Part shown: in pieces, positions 38,680 to 47,304 of the stretch | Numbering within the stretch: the first letter of the stretch is position 1 | Layout: every line of letters begins with the position of its first letter | IMG/VR virus record: IMGVR_UViG_3300043449_000492 | Coordinates: 64,001 to 128,000 of that record | Origin: a virus | DNA length: 64,000 bases | Direction: 5' to 3' (one strand) | Position numbers and translations under genes: made by a program | The notes under the pieces: generated by a model | Told to the model about the DNA's origin: nothing | Database searches by the model: none | The model's input: only the letters and a program-made list of their open reading frames with translations

Positions 38680-38904
38680 ATGGCTACTGCAAAGAAGACT
38701 CAGATTGAGAAGATTGAGACCGCCCTTCGTCGTTACAACACTGGCGCTGGTGTGACCGCTGATAAGGTTGCTTCAATGGCTCGTGTTCCTCGTGAAGCTG
38801 TTGCAAAGCGAGTTTCGGATCTTCGTGATTGGGGTTACACCATCTATACGAACTACCGTAATGTCAATGGTAAGCGCACTGCTTTCTATCGCATTGCCGA
38901 CTAA
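38680..38904 (+). CDS. Small winged-HTH DNA-binding protein
   Basis: VTADKVASMARVPREAVAKRVSDLR..GY.I pattern; GGAG RBS before ATG 38680. Confidence 0.7.
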   Translation: MATAKKTQIEKIETALRRYNTGAGVTADKVASMARVPREAVAKRVSDLRDWGYTIYTNYRNVNGKRTAFYRIAD

Positions 38905-38926
38905 TACTAAAATAATTTAGCTATAT

Positions 38927-38961
38927 AATAGCGTGGAGGCTTATAGCGTCTCCACGCTATT
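38927..38961 (+). other. 14-bp stem-loop before the GT-like gene
   Basis: AATAGCGTGGAGGC / GTCTCCACGCTATT (one G-U pair). Confidence 0.6.
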
Positions 38962-38979
38962 CGCTTATGGAGATACTAA

Positions 38980-39810
38980 ATGGAAATCAAAATTTCTACT
39001 GATGATTTGAGAAAGAAAAAGCTATTTGTAGCAACGCCATGTTACGGTGGACAGTGTCTCGGTCTCTACGCTAAAGCTTGCTTGGATCTTCAAGCGATCT
39101 GCATGCAGTATGGTATTGAATGCCGCTTCTCTTTTATCTTTAATGAATCACTAATTACCCGTGCCAGAAACTATCTCGTTGATGAGTTTCTTCGTTCTGG
39201 GTGCACTCATCTTCTATTCATCGACGCTGATATCAATTTCAATCCTCAGGACGTTCTAGCTCTCCTAGCTCTTGATCGTGATATTATCGGCGGACCGTAT
39301 CCAAAGAAGTCAATCAACTGGGGTAATGTTGTTAACGCTGTCAAGGGAAACTGTCGAGTTGACGGCGAGAAGGTTGTTCTCAAAGACGGCTTTGATCCCG
39401 GAGTTCTCAATAGCATCGTTGGTGACTTTGTGTTCAACCCTGTTCCGGGAACAACATCATTCAAGGTCACTGAGCCAGTCGAAGTTATGGAGATTGGCAC
39501 AGGCTATATGATGGTCAAGCGTGAAGTGTTTGACAAGTTCAAGGAAGCATATCCTGAGTTTAACTACAAGCCAGATCATGTTGGTCAAGCTAACTTTGAT
39601 GGTTCACGTTACATTCACGCATACTTTGATACAATTATTGATCCTGTCTCACATCGTTATCTATCAGAAGATTACATGTTCTGTCAGTGGTCACGCAAGA
39701 TCGGTATTAAGATTTGGCTATGCCCATGGATGAAGACAACTCACGTTGGTACCTTCGGCTTCGAAGGCGATCTTCCCTCAGTTGCAGCATTGGTAGGTTC
39801 TCTACGATGA
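38980..39810 (+). CDS. GT-A-fold glycosyltransferase-like protein
   Basis: FVATPCYGG, ESLITRARN, LFIDADI (DxD), GTGYMM, LSEDY.FC. Confidence 0.7.
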   Translation: MEIKISTDDLRKKKLFVATPCYGGQCLGLYAKACLDLQAICMQYGIECRFSFIFNESLITRARNYLVDEFLRSGCTHLLFIDADINFNPQDVLALLALDRDIIGGPYPKKSINWGNVVNAVKGNCRVDGEKVVLKDGFDPGVLNSIVGDFVFNPVPGTTSFKVTEPVEVMEIGTGYMMVKREVFDKFKEAYPEFNYKPDHVGQANFDGSRYIHAYFDTIIDPVSHRYLSEDYMFCQWSRKIGIKIWLCPWMKTTHVGTFGFEGDLPSVAALVGSLR

Positions 39811-40400
39811 TTATAGGTCTTGTTGGTTACATCGGAGCCGGCAAGGGAACAGTCCGTGATATTCTTGTGCGAGAGCATGGGTATCACGGATTCGCCTTTG
39901 CCGATGCATTGAAAGATGCTGTTGCACAAATCTTCGTTTGGCCTCGTCAGCTTCTCGAAGGTGACTCTAATGCCTCTCGCTCGTTTAGAGAGAAGGTAGA
40001 CCCTTGGTGGTCACATAAGCTAGGTTATGAAGTCACGCCTCGTCTCATTCTACAAAAGATGGGAACCGAAGCTTGTCGCCATAACATTGCAGATAATATC
40101 TGGATTGCAGCTTTAGAAAAACGCATTCACGGATATGAAGATATCGTTATATCAGATTGTCGTTTTCCGAATGAAATCGATTTTGTTCGGAGTGTCGGCG
40201 GTGTTGTGTTTCAGGTGTGTAGAGGTCCTGCACCAACAGAAGCAGAGCTGGCTAAGATGCATGTATCAGAAACTGCTTGGAGAGAGTATCCTGTCGATAT
40301 GGTTATTGACAACAACGGAACTCTTGCTGACCTTAAAAGGAATGTCGATATAGCATTGACACACTGTAAAAAATCGTCTATAATGCATCATCCTGTTTAA
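39807..40400 (+). CDS. gp1: Deoxynucleoside monophosphate kinase
   Basis: IIGLVGYIGAGKGT, FADALKD, TPR..LQ..GTE, ISDCRFPNE, H.SE; start ATG 39807. Confidence 0.9.
   Translation: MIIGLVGYIGAGKGTVRDILVREHGYHGFAFADALKDAVAQIFVWPRQLLEGDSNASRSFREKVDPWWSHKLGYEVTPRLILQKMGTEACRHNIADNIWIAALEKRIHGYEDIVISDCRFPNEIDFVRSVGGVVFQVCRGPAPTEAELAKMHVSETAWREYPVDMVIDNNGTLADLKRNVDIALTHCKKSSIMHHPV
40356..40384 (+). promoter_or_regulatory. Consensus sigma70 promoter for gp45
   Basis: TTGACA-N17-TATAAT exact. Confidence 0.75.
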
Positions 40401-40419
40401 TGAGAAAAGGAAATATATT

Positions 40420-41073
40420 ATGAAGCTATCTGAAAAGACCCTAAGTGTTCTACAAAACTTTGCCAAGATTAACAGTGGCGTCGTTCTTAATGAAGGAACG
40501 AAACAGCGAACAATCTCACCAGCTAAGTCTATCCTTGTCGAGGCTACAATCGAAGATGACATTCCTTCTAAGTTTGGCATCTATGACCTCAATCAGTTCC
40601 TAGGTAACGTAACAACTCTTAAGAATCCTGAGCTAACATTCAAGGACGAGTCTGTTGTTATTGACGATGGTGAACTTGCTCTAACCTATAATGCTTGCTC
40701 GCCCAATCTCATTATCACTCCTCCAGAGAAGGAGCTAGTGCTTAAGACTGTTGATGTTACATTCAATCTCACCAATGCTTCGCTCCAGAAGCTTCTTAAG
40801 ATTGCATTGATGAATAGTCTACCTAATCTATCTGTCCAAGGTAAGGACGGTTCACTCAATCTTCTCATTCACGAAAAGATGAATGATACATCTAATCAAG
40901 GCTCAATCAAGATCGGTGACTATGCTGGCAAAGACTTCATGTCATCATTCAAGACCGAGAACCTCAAGCTTCTTCCAGATGATTATAACGTAGAGATTCA
41001 GAACGGGGCGTTTGCCAAGTTTGAGAATACAAACGGCAATCTAAAGTATTGGATCGCTCTGGAGTCTAAGTGA
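40420..41073 (+). CDS. gp45: Sliding clamp
   Basis: MKLSEKTL.VL.NF..IN, FGIYDLNQFL, ENLK, YWIALE. Confidence 0.95.
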   Translation: MKLSEKTLSVLQNFAKINSGVVLNEGTKQRTISPAKSILVEATIEDDIPSKFGIYDLNQFLGNVTTLKNPELTFKDESVVIDDGELALTYNACSPNLIITPPEKELVLKTVDVTFNLTNASLQKLLKIALMNSLPNLSVQGKDGSLNLLIHEKMNDTSNQGSIKIGDYAGKDFMSSFKTENLKLLPDDYNVEIQNGAFAKFENTNGNLKYWIALESK

Positions 41074-41348
41074 TGATGGGTGACCGCAACTTTGCAGCTG
41101 CAGCTGTATCTGAATGGCTTGATCCAGTTGGTGTTATTCTCTTTAGCACAGTAACTCTTATTGTGCTTGGAGCAATTGCTTTATTTTATATTGCACATCA
41201 AGAGGACCTGGCTAGACAGACGTTCAAAGAACAATGTATAGATGCTGGAGGTGTGCCCACATATACATTCGACTATGTTAAAGGTAGCCGAGATGGTTAT
41301 CTATGTATCAATCCCTCCGCAATCATTAAGCTAAAGGACGAAAAGTAA
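41070..41348 (+). CDS. Membrane-anchored hypothetical protein
   Basis: One TM segment then C...GG....C. Confidence 0.5.
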   Translation: MMMGDRNFAAAAVSEWLDPVGVILFSTVTLIVLGAIALFYIAHQEDLARQTFKEQCIDAGGVPTYTFDYVKGSRDGYLCINPSAIIKLKDEK

Positions 41349-41737
41349 TGAACTTAGCAAATACACTTGACATTGAAGCAGAGTATAAGATTTCATATCT
41401 TTTAACCGTGCTTACTAAAAATCGTCTCAATCATATTAATGAATATGCTGAGGCTAAGAAGGGATACGATGAGGAAAAAGCTGCCAAGTTGAAGGCTCTC
41501 ATGATTGCCATTCGTAAAGGTGCTGATGCAAAGATTCAGGCTGCTTACAATAGCTATTTTTCAATGAAGACGCCTATCGACGCAAAGGATATGTATGATG
41601 AATATATATCCATTCTTTCCAACTCTGCATCAGATACAGTGAAACTAAGCATTTCAGATGCCAATGCCATTATCAATGATAAGTGGTCATGGGCAACTGC
41701 TGCTAAGACAATCAATTCAACTTATTTTAAGGGTTAA
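41348..41737 (+). CDS. Hypothetical protein
   Basis: 129 aa, L..NR..H..EY.EA..GY pattern, coupled in operon. Confidence 0.6.
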   Translation: MNLANTLDIEAEYKISYLLTVLTKNRLNHINEYAEAKKGYDEEKAAKLKALMIAIRKGADAKIQAAYNSYFSMKTPIDAKDMYDEYISILSNSASDTVKLSISDANAIINDKWSWATAAKTINSTYFKG

Positions 41738-41741
41738 TCAA

Positions 41742-42038
41742 ATGGGTATGATTGGACATAACAGCACGACTACCTCGATTGAAGCACTCTCTCCAGAAGA
41801 CAAGAAGGTTCTACGTAAGGCAATCATGGAGCTAAATGATTCCATGACACGCACAGGAGCAGAACGTGACTTGCAAAAAGAGATTATCAACGAGACATAT
41901 GATAAGCTAGGTGTCGATAAGAAGATGATTCGACGCATGGCAAAGGCTTACTTCAAGGCTAACTTCAACGATGAAGTGGAAGAGAATAATCAGTTTGAAA
42001 CCTTCTATGATGAGATTCTTCGGAAGACAATGCCGTGA
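41742..42038 (+). CDS. dsDNA-binding protein (T4 DsbA/GapR-like)
   Basis: GHNS start, AI.E..DSM.R..AERD..KEI...KK.IRRMAK.Y.K.NF pattern. Confidence 0.7.
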   Translation: MGMIGHNSTTTSIEALSPEDKKVLRKAIMELNDSMTRTGAERDLQKEIINETYDKLGVDKKMIRRMAKAYFKANFNDEVEENNQFETFYDEILRKTMP

Positions 42039-42271
42039 CGTATATCATTCATATCAATAGGAACATCATTCAAAAGAATGCGAGAAGAGGTGAAACCAAT
42101 CCTGTCTGTCGTGTTCAGAATGGCAATGATGTTCGCTATTGTATGGAGGTAGAAATCAAAGGACCTTCTCGAATGGTCTATCGTCCAGACAATCCACGGC
42201 CTTGCGGAGCAAAGTTGTGGATTGAAACAGATAGTGAAGTGGAACTGATAGGTGAAGAATGGCAGAATTAA
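42035..42271 (+). CDS. Conserved phage hypothetical protein
   Basis: IHINRN.I..N, EV.I.GPS.MVY.PD.P..CGAK.WIET. Confidence 0.65.
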   Translation: MTYIIHINRNIIQKNARRGETNPVCRVQNGNDVRYCMEVEIKGPSRMVYRPDNPRPCGAKLWIETDSEVELIGEEWQN

Positions 42272-42420
42272 TATTTGAGATACTGGCATCAATCAATGGT
42301 GTAATGGGTATTGGGTACTGGATAGCAGATCATGACGATATCATGCACTGGTTGTTTTTCCTAATCTTGTGTGTTATAATGTATATCAATGCGGCACGTT
42401 ATGGAAAAGGTGAAGAATGA
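42259..42420 (+). CDS. Small 2-TM membrane protein (53 aa)
   Basis: Hand-translated MAELIFEILASINGVMGIGYW...WLFFLILCVIMYINAARYGKGEE; stop overlaps the gp44 ATG. Confidence 0.45.
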   Translation: MAELIFEILASINGVMGIGYWIADHDDIMHWLFFLILCVIMYINAARYGKGEE

Positions 42421-43355
42421 GTGAAGAATTTTTGTGGGTAGAGAAGTATCGTCCTCATACAATCGAGGACTGTATTCTCCCCGACCGTATCAAGAAAGCT
42501 TTTCAAGAATACGTTAATGGCGGAGATATTCCAAATCTTCTCCTGTCGGGACCAGCTGGCTGTGGTAAGACTACAGCAGCTATGGCTATGTGTGACGAAA
42601 TTGGTTGTAACTATCTTTTCATTAACTCCTCAGAAGAGAGAGGCATTGACGTTCTAAGAACTAAGGTTGTTGGATATGCGTCAACTGTTTCTCTCACTGG
42701 TGGACGTAAGGTCATCATTCTAGATGAGGCCGACGGTCTCACTCCAGACACGCAAGATGCCCTTCGTGGTGTTATTGAAAAGTTCTCCTCTAACTGTTCA
42801 TTTATCTTTACTTGCAACTTCAAGGCTAAGATCAAGGACGCTATTCATTCACGCTGTTCCGTCGTTGACTTTACATTGAAATCAGGAGAGAAGCCTACTA
42901 TGGCTTCTAAGATGTATAAGAGACTGGAACAAATTCTAACTAAAGAAAGTGTGACATATGATAAGCAAGTATTGGCAAAAGTTGTCGAGAAATATTTTCC
43001 AGATTATCGTAGGACTCTTAACGAGCTACAACGGTATTCTGTTTCTGGAAGCATTGATGCTACTATTGCTCCTCAACTTGATAGCGTTCGCAGCCTCAGC
43101 GAGCTAATCAAAGCACTTAAGGACAAAGACTTTTCTGCTATGCGTAAGTGGGTTGTTCTTAACTCTGACATTGATGCAAGCCGCATCTATCGTTCAGTGT
43201 ATGATAATCTGTATGAATATCTTAAGCCAGAGACGATTCCAGTTGCTGTCGTCACTCTAGCAAAGTATCAGTATCAAGCAGCATTCGTAGCAGATCAAGA
43301 GCTTAATCTTGTCGCTGCACTAACTGAAATCATGATTGAGTGTGAGGTTAAGTAA
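42417..43355 (+). CDS. gp44: Clamp loader large subunit
   Basis: LWVEKYRP, GPAGCGKT, ILDEAD, HSRC, FPD.RR.LNELQRY. Confidence 0.96.
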   Translation: MSEEFLWVEKYRPHTIEDCILPDRIKKAFQEYVNGGDIPNLLLSGPAGCGKTTAAMAMCDEIGCNYLFINSSEERGIDVLRTKVVGYASTVSLTGGRKVIILDEADGLTPDTQDALRGVIEKFSSNCSFIFTCNFKAKIKDAIHSRCSVVDFTLKSGEKPTMASKMYKRLEQILTKESVTYDKQVLAKVVEKYFPDYRRTLNELQRYSVSGSIDATIAPQLDSVRSLSELIKALKDKDFSAMRKWVVLNSDIDASRIYRSVYDNLYEYLKPETIPVAVVTLAKYQYQAAFVADQELNLVAALTEIMIECEVK

Positions 43356-43356
43356 T

Positions 43357-43815
43357 ATGAGCCTATTTCCTGAACTTGATGAAGATGATATTGTATATGC
43401 TATGGGAAAGTTTGCAAACATGACTAGCACAGGTAAAACTTTTGAAAAGAAGATTGCTGAACATCTAAGAAACAAGTATCCTAACAATGCTATTAGGGAA
43501 CAAGTTAAAGCTGGAAAGCATATTGGTAGTAACAAGAAAAATTATGTTGTTGACATTTTGTTCAATCATGATACACTAGTATCCGCTAAGTTTCAGGGAA
43601 CTGGCGGAACTGCAGAACAGAAGATTATGTTTGAAATGAATACACTTCAGAAGTTGTGTGATAAGGATGGATATAAGAAAGCCTATCTTGTCTATGATGG
43701 AGCAGGTCTAACTATGACTGAACAGTATAAGTCGGATGAAATGAAAGAGTATGTTCGTGCGCCGTCTGTGATATTTGTATCGTTCGATGAATTTAAGGAA
43801 ATGAATATTGCTTAA
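43357..43815 (+). CDS. PD-(D/E)XK-like nuclease
   Basis: G..FE..I, VDIL...VSAKFQ.T.GTAEQKI pattern; adjacent to a Dam methylase. Confidence 0.65.
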   Translation: MSLFPELDEDDIVYAMGKFANMTSTGKTFEKKIAEHLRNKYPNNAIREQVKAGKHIGSNKKNYVVDILFNHDTLVSAKFQGTGGTAEQKIMFEMNTLQKLCDKDGYKKAYLVYDGAGLTMTEQYKSDEMKEYVRAPSVIFVSFDEFKEMNIA

Positions 43816-44659
43816 CTCTCCTCTAAAGTGGGTCGGTGGTAAACAGTCTATTCTATCTGCCATACTACCTTACATAGAAAGTCCAAACACCTTTGTGGAA
43901 CCTTTTATAGGTTCTGCAACTGTGTCTCTTAATGTCAATGCCAATAGATATCTAATCAATGACATGAACTACGATTTGATTAATCTATATCAACATGTAA
44001 TCAATAACTGTAATCAAATCGTGGAGTTATCTAAGCCATACTTTGAAAATATGACAAGTGAAAGATACTATGATATTAGAGATAGATTCAATTCTTTACA
44101 ATCAAACTGTATTGAAAGAGCTGCTTTGTTTTTGGTTCTGAATAAATTTGCATTCAATGGAGTATGTCGTTACAACTCTAAAGGTTTGTTCAATGTACCT
44201 TACTGCAAACGAAGCACGGCAGGTTTTCCTTTAAATGAACTAATATCCTTTAGTAAACATTTTGGTAGCAAAGAACATCAACTTTTTCATGGAGACTTTT
44301 CTAATGCTATGTTATATGCTAACTTGATAGAAGGTGATGTTGTCTATTTTGATCCGCCTTATCTCCCTTCGGACGACTTTGAAAGCAACTTTACAAAATA
44401 TACCAAAGAAAATTTCGAAACACAGCAACATCAACAAATAGTCGATTTGTGTCTAGAGCTAAACACTAGAGGTGTTGTTTGTTTGGTTTCTAATCATATG
44501 ACTGCTCAAACAGAACAGCTTTATAGCGAATGTGATAAAATAGTTGTTATACCCAAAAAGAGATTACTGGCTGCTAACAAGAAAAATAGAAAAGAGATTA
44601 ACGAGATTCTGGCTATATACGGTAACGTCAAAGTGAGTGGAACCCTATTCGATGACTGA
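43808..44659 (+). CDS. dam: Dam-family (D12 class) DNA adenine methyltransferase
   Basis: PLKWVGGK, EPFIGS, ND, FNGVCRYN.KG.FNVPY, DPPY; TTG start. Confidence 0.92.
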   Translation: MLNSPLKWVGGKQSILSAILPYIESPNTFVEPFIGSATVSLNVNANRYLINDMNYDLINLYQHVINNCNQIVELSKPYFENMTSERYYDIRDRFNSLQSNCIERAALFLVLNKFAFNGVCRYNSKGLFNVPYCKRSTAGFPLNELISFSKHFGSKEHQLFHGDFSNAMLYANLIEGDVVYFDPPYLPSDDFESNFTKYTKENFETQQHQQIVDLCLELNTRGVVCLVSNHMTAQTEQLYSECDKIVVIPKKRLLAANKKNRKEINEILAIYGNVKVSGTLFDD

Positions 44660-45077
44660 CTTATTCAAGGACATTATTCCATCTATTCTTCAAAACAAGA
44701 AGGACTTCTCGAAGGATGAAAACTTTGAGAAGTCTTTTCCTGCGTTTGTGGTCAATCGTGCTTTGTCGTTTCATTATGACTGCATTCTGCAGGTAAATGA
44801 AATGAATCGTTTTCCAAATCTGCCTGGTACTATGCAATATCACTTCCTACTAAATAGTATTCGTGGATATAAGCGTCCATTTAGAAAATGGGAAAAGCGG
44901 GAAACCATTGAAGACTTAGAAGCCGTCAAAGAGTATTACAACTATTCTAACGAGAAGGCTAAAGAAGCATTGGTTCTGTTAAACGCTACCCAGCTAGAAG
45001 TAATAAGAAAAGAACTTAGTAAAGGTGGCATAAATGACAGCAAACCTAGAAGACTTCGTGGAAGTAAAGCTTCCTGA
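44652..45077 (+). CDS. gp62: Clamp loader small subunit
   Basis: F.VNR.LS...D.I...NEMN, QY.FLLNS, VKEYY.YS.EKA..AL..L. Confidence 0.9.
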   Translation: MTDLFKDIIPSILQNKKDFSKDENFEKSFPAFVVNRALSFHYDCILQVNEMNRFPNLPGTMQYHFLLNSIRGYKRPFRKWEKRETIEDLEAVKEYYNYSNEKAKEALVLLNATQLEVIRKELSKGGINDSKPRRLRGSKAS

Positions 45078-45447
45078 TCCTCAAGCCTTCTTGAAAGTGA
45101 AGGAGACATTGACTCGTATCGGTGTTGCATCTAAGAAAGATAAAACACTCTATCAGTCATGTCATATATTACATAAGCAAGGACATTATTATCTTGTGCA
45201 TTTTAAAGAAATGTTCATGCTCGATGGAAAGTCTACAGACTTTTCGGAAGAAGATCGTGGTAGACGTAACACCATTGCTAATCTATTAGCTGAATGGGAA
45301 CTTGTTACTCTCGTTGATGCTGACAAGAGCAAAGAACCTCTAACTCCTCTAAACAGAATCAAGATCATTTCATATACAGAAAAGCCAGAGTGGAACTTGG
45401 TAGCCAAGTATTCACTAGGCAAAAAGAGATACAACGAAGACGAATAA
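45034..45447 (+). CDS. regA: Translational repressor RegA
   Basis: FLKVKETLTRIGVAS, LYQSCHILHKQG.YY.VHFKE, RRNTIA.LL..W, KY.LG. Confidence 0.96.
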   Translation: MTANLEDFVEVKLPDPQAFLKVKETLTRIGVASKKDKTLYQSCHILHKQGHYYLVHFKEMFMLDGKSTDFSEEDRGRRNTIANLLAEWELVTLVDADKSKEPLTPLNRIKIISYTEKPEWNLVAKYSLGKKRYNEDE

Positions 45448-45463
45448 CATTGGAGAATATATT

Positions 45464-46084
45464 ATGCCTACATTGAAATTTTGGAGAGTGCATACCGACG
45501 TTCAACTTCCAAAGCATCAGACAGATGGTTCTGCTTGCTTCGATCTTGCATTTCAAGGACACGGTAAGGGAAACGTAAAGGGCTTCACTCGTATGAATAA
45601 GCCTATTGAACGGGTCATGCGTGGATCGATTACAGTCTCCCCAGGGGATCGTATGCTTATTCCAACCGGTCTAGTTATGGATATTCCTCATGGTTATTCA
45701 GTTAGACTCCATGCTCGTTCTGGAACATCACTTAAGCAAGGTCTAGTGCTTGCTAATGCTGAAGGCGTAATCGATTCAGATTACGTTGAAGAGGTTTTTA
45801 TTCTTCTTTACAATATGTCAGAGAATGCTCATACAATTAACTTTGGTGATCGGATCGCTCAGGCAGAACTTGTTAAGAATGAAGAATATGATATCGAAGA
45901 AACAGCTACAAGACCTAGCGTCAAGTCAAGTCGTGCTGGTGGAATGGGTTCGACAGGAGTGTCAGAATCTGGTAATCTTCTAACGATTACTGTGCCAGAC
46001 GAAGACATTATGGTTGAAAGCTTTCAACCTGTAGAAAAACGTGGTAGAGGGAGACCGAAGAAGAATGCCGGGAGTATTTCGTAA
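45464..46084 (+). CDS. dut: Trimeric dUTPase with C-terminal extension
   Basis: SACFDL, IPTGL, RSG, GVIDSDY, GDRIAQ, RAGGMGSTG. Confidence 0.92.
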   Translation: MPTLKFWRVHTDVQLPKHQTDGSACFDLAFQGHGKGNVKGFTRMNKPIERVMRGSITVSPGDRMLIPTGLVMDIPHGYSVRLHARSGTSLKQGLVLANAEGVIDSDYVEEVFILLYNMSENAHTINFGDRIAQAELVKNEEYDIEETATRPSVKSSRAGGMGSTGVSESGNLLTITVPDEDIMVESFQPVEKRGRGRPKKNAGSIS

Positions 46085-46610
46085 TCTAGATCCTAGATTC
46101 TGTGGGGCTATAACTCAAGTCATAGGACAGCAAAAGCTTTTCATTAATAATGTCCTTGCTGCTGTAGAAGGAGATATAAACTCACATAATGGTCTAGGAG
46201 CTTTAATCTCGCAATCACCAGGAACAATTATCGTTCAGGGTAAGAAGATGATTGTATCTATGATGGACGGATCTGCTCCAGATCAGCTTGGAATCATAAC
46301 ACATGTTACTAATCTACCAACTCCAGCACAAGGTTCACAAAATTGCTTTGCATATGGTGGAGCGGGATCATTTGGTGGTGGTCTAGGCATACCAGGATTG
46401 TCTGGGTTTCCTGGTATAGGTGAGATTATGCAACTAGGTTCGCAAGCTGTAGGACAAGTATCTAAGTCCGTCAATCAAGGTGGAGGAAGCGGCTTGCTTA
46501 CCATGAATAATATGACTCCACAAACCCAATCATTGTTGACAGCCGGCTCAACTGTTGTAAGTGCTAATACAGGAAAAACATTTACATTTTCCTCATTTAT
46601 TTCTGGTTGA
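46065..46610 (+). CDS. PAAR-like (gp5.4-like) spike-tip protein with Gly-rich extension
   Basis: MPGVFR..D.R.CGA......LFINN.LAAVEGD..SH, T.PAQGS.N.F. Confidence 0.6.
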   Translation: MPGVFRNLDPRFCGAITQVIGQQKLFINNVLAAVEGDINSHNGLGALISQSPGTIIVQGKKMIVSMMDGSAPDQLGIITHVTNLPTPAQGSQNCFAYGGAGSFGGGLGIPGLSGFPGIGEIMQLGSQAVGQVSKSVNQGGGSGLLTMNNMTPQTQSLLTAGSTVVSANTGKTFTFSSFISG

Positions 46611-46635
46611 CATATGTGAAAGTTTACTATATAAT
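46607..46635 (+). promoter_or_regulatory. Consensus sigma70 promoter for hsp20
   Basis: TTGACA-N17-TATAAT exact. Confidence 0.75.
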
Positions 46636-46640
46636 AACAG

Positions 46641-46688
46641 ACGATACCAAGAGGTGTCGTTCCTTATTTCTCGCTAACTATAGGAGAA
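46641..46688 (+). promoter_or_regulatory. ROSE-like RNA thermometer in the hsp20 5' UTR
   Basis: Hairpin ACGATACC-AAGA-GGTGTCGT then TTCTC-(G)-CTA-acta-TAG-GAGAA occluding the SD with a bulged G. Confidence 0.6.
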
Positions 46689-46692
46689 CAAC

Positions 46693-47238
46693 ATGGGTAA
46701 TAATAAGTCTACAGATAAGTTCTGGTTTGATCCTTTCTCTTTTTCCAATGACATTTCAAAGGGCGCTATCGGCTTTGAACATGTGCTACAAAGATTGGCA
46801 GAAGCGAATGAGTATCTTCCAAAGATTCCAGCATATCCTCCTTACAATGTAAAGAAAGTGGATGACGAGCATTTCGTCATTGAAATGGCTGTCGCTGGTT
46901 TTGGCAAGCATAATCTTGATATCGAACTAAAGAACGATGTGTTAACTATCTCTGGCAATACCGAAACCGAAGAAGGCGATTACCTTCATAAGGGTATTGC
47001 AAACAGAGCATTCACTCGGAAGTTTACCATCGCTGATACAGTGGAGGTTAAGAATGCAGAACTTGTTAACGGTATGCTCAAAATCTTTCTTGAACGCTTT
47101 GTCCCCGAGGAGAAGAAAGCGAAGAAGATCGATATCCTGGATCCATTCGGCTTTCAGGAAACGACGAAGCAACTGTTAACAGAGAGTGCTAAAGTATGGT
47201 CCGATCTTGTCGGCGTGAAAAAAGAAGAAACTAAATAA
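46693..47238 (+). CDS. hsp20: Small heat-shock protein (IbpA/Hsp20)
   Basis: IGF, YPPYNV, EMAVAGF, YLHKGIA.R.F.R.F, A.L.NGML.I.LER.VPEEKK. Confidence 0.95.
   Translation: MGNNKSTDKFWFDPFSFSNDISKGAIGFEHVLQRLAEANEYLPKIPAYPPYNVKKVDDEHFVIEMAVAGFGKHNLDIELKNDVLTISGNTETEEGDYLHKGIANRAFTRKFTIADTVEVKNAELVNGMLKIFLERFVPEEKKAKKIDILDPFGFQETTKQLLTESAKVWSDLVGVKKEETK
47230..47237 (+). promoter_or_regulatory. Possible late promoter (ACTAAATA) ahead of the glycan cluster
   Basis: Same variant as before gp22 and the holin; overlaps the hsp20 stop; followed by a CTGGGGC/GCCCCAG hairpin. Confidence 0.4.
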
Positions 47239-47304
47239 GATTGACATGGCTGGGGCCTCTGTTGAAAGACACGCCCCAGTCTTCATTTCATAATGGAGTA
47301 TAAA

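Noticed and set aside
42352-42380. Sigma70 promoter TTGTTT-N17-TATAAT before gp44
   Set aside because: Weak -35 and lies inside a probable small ORF; plausible but not supportable
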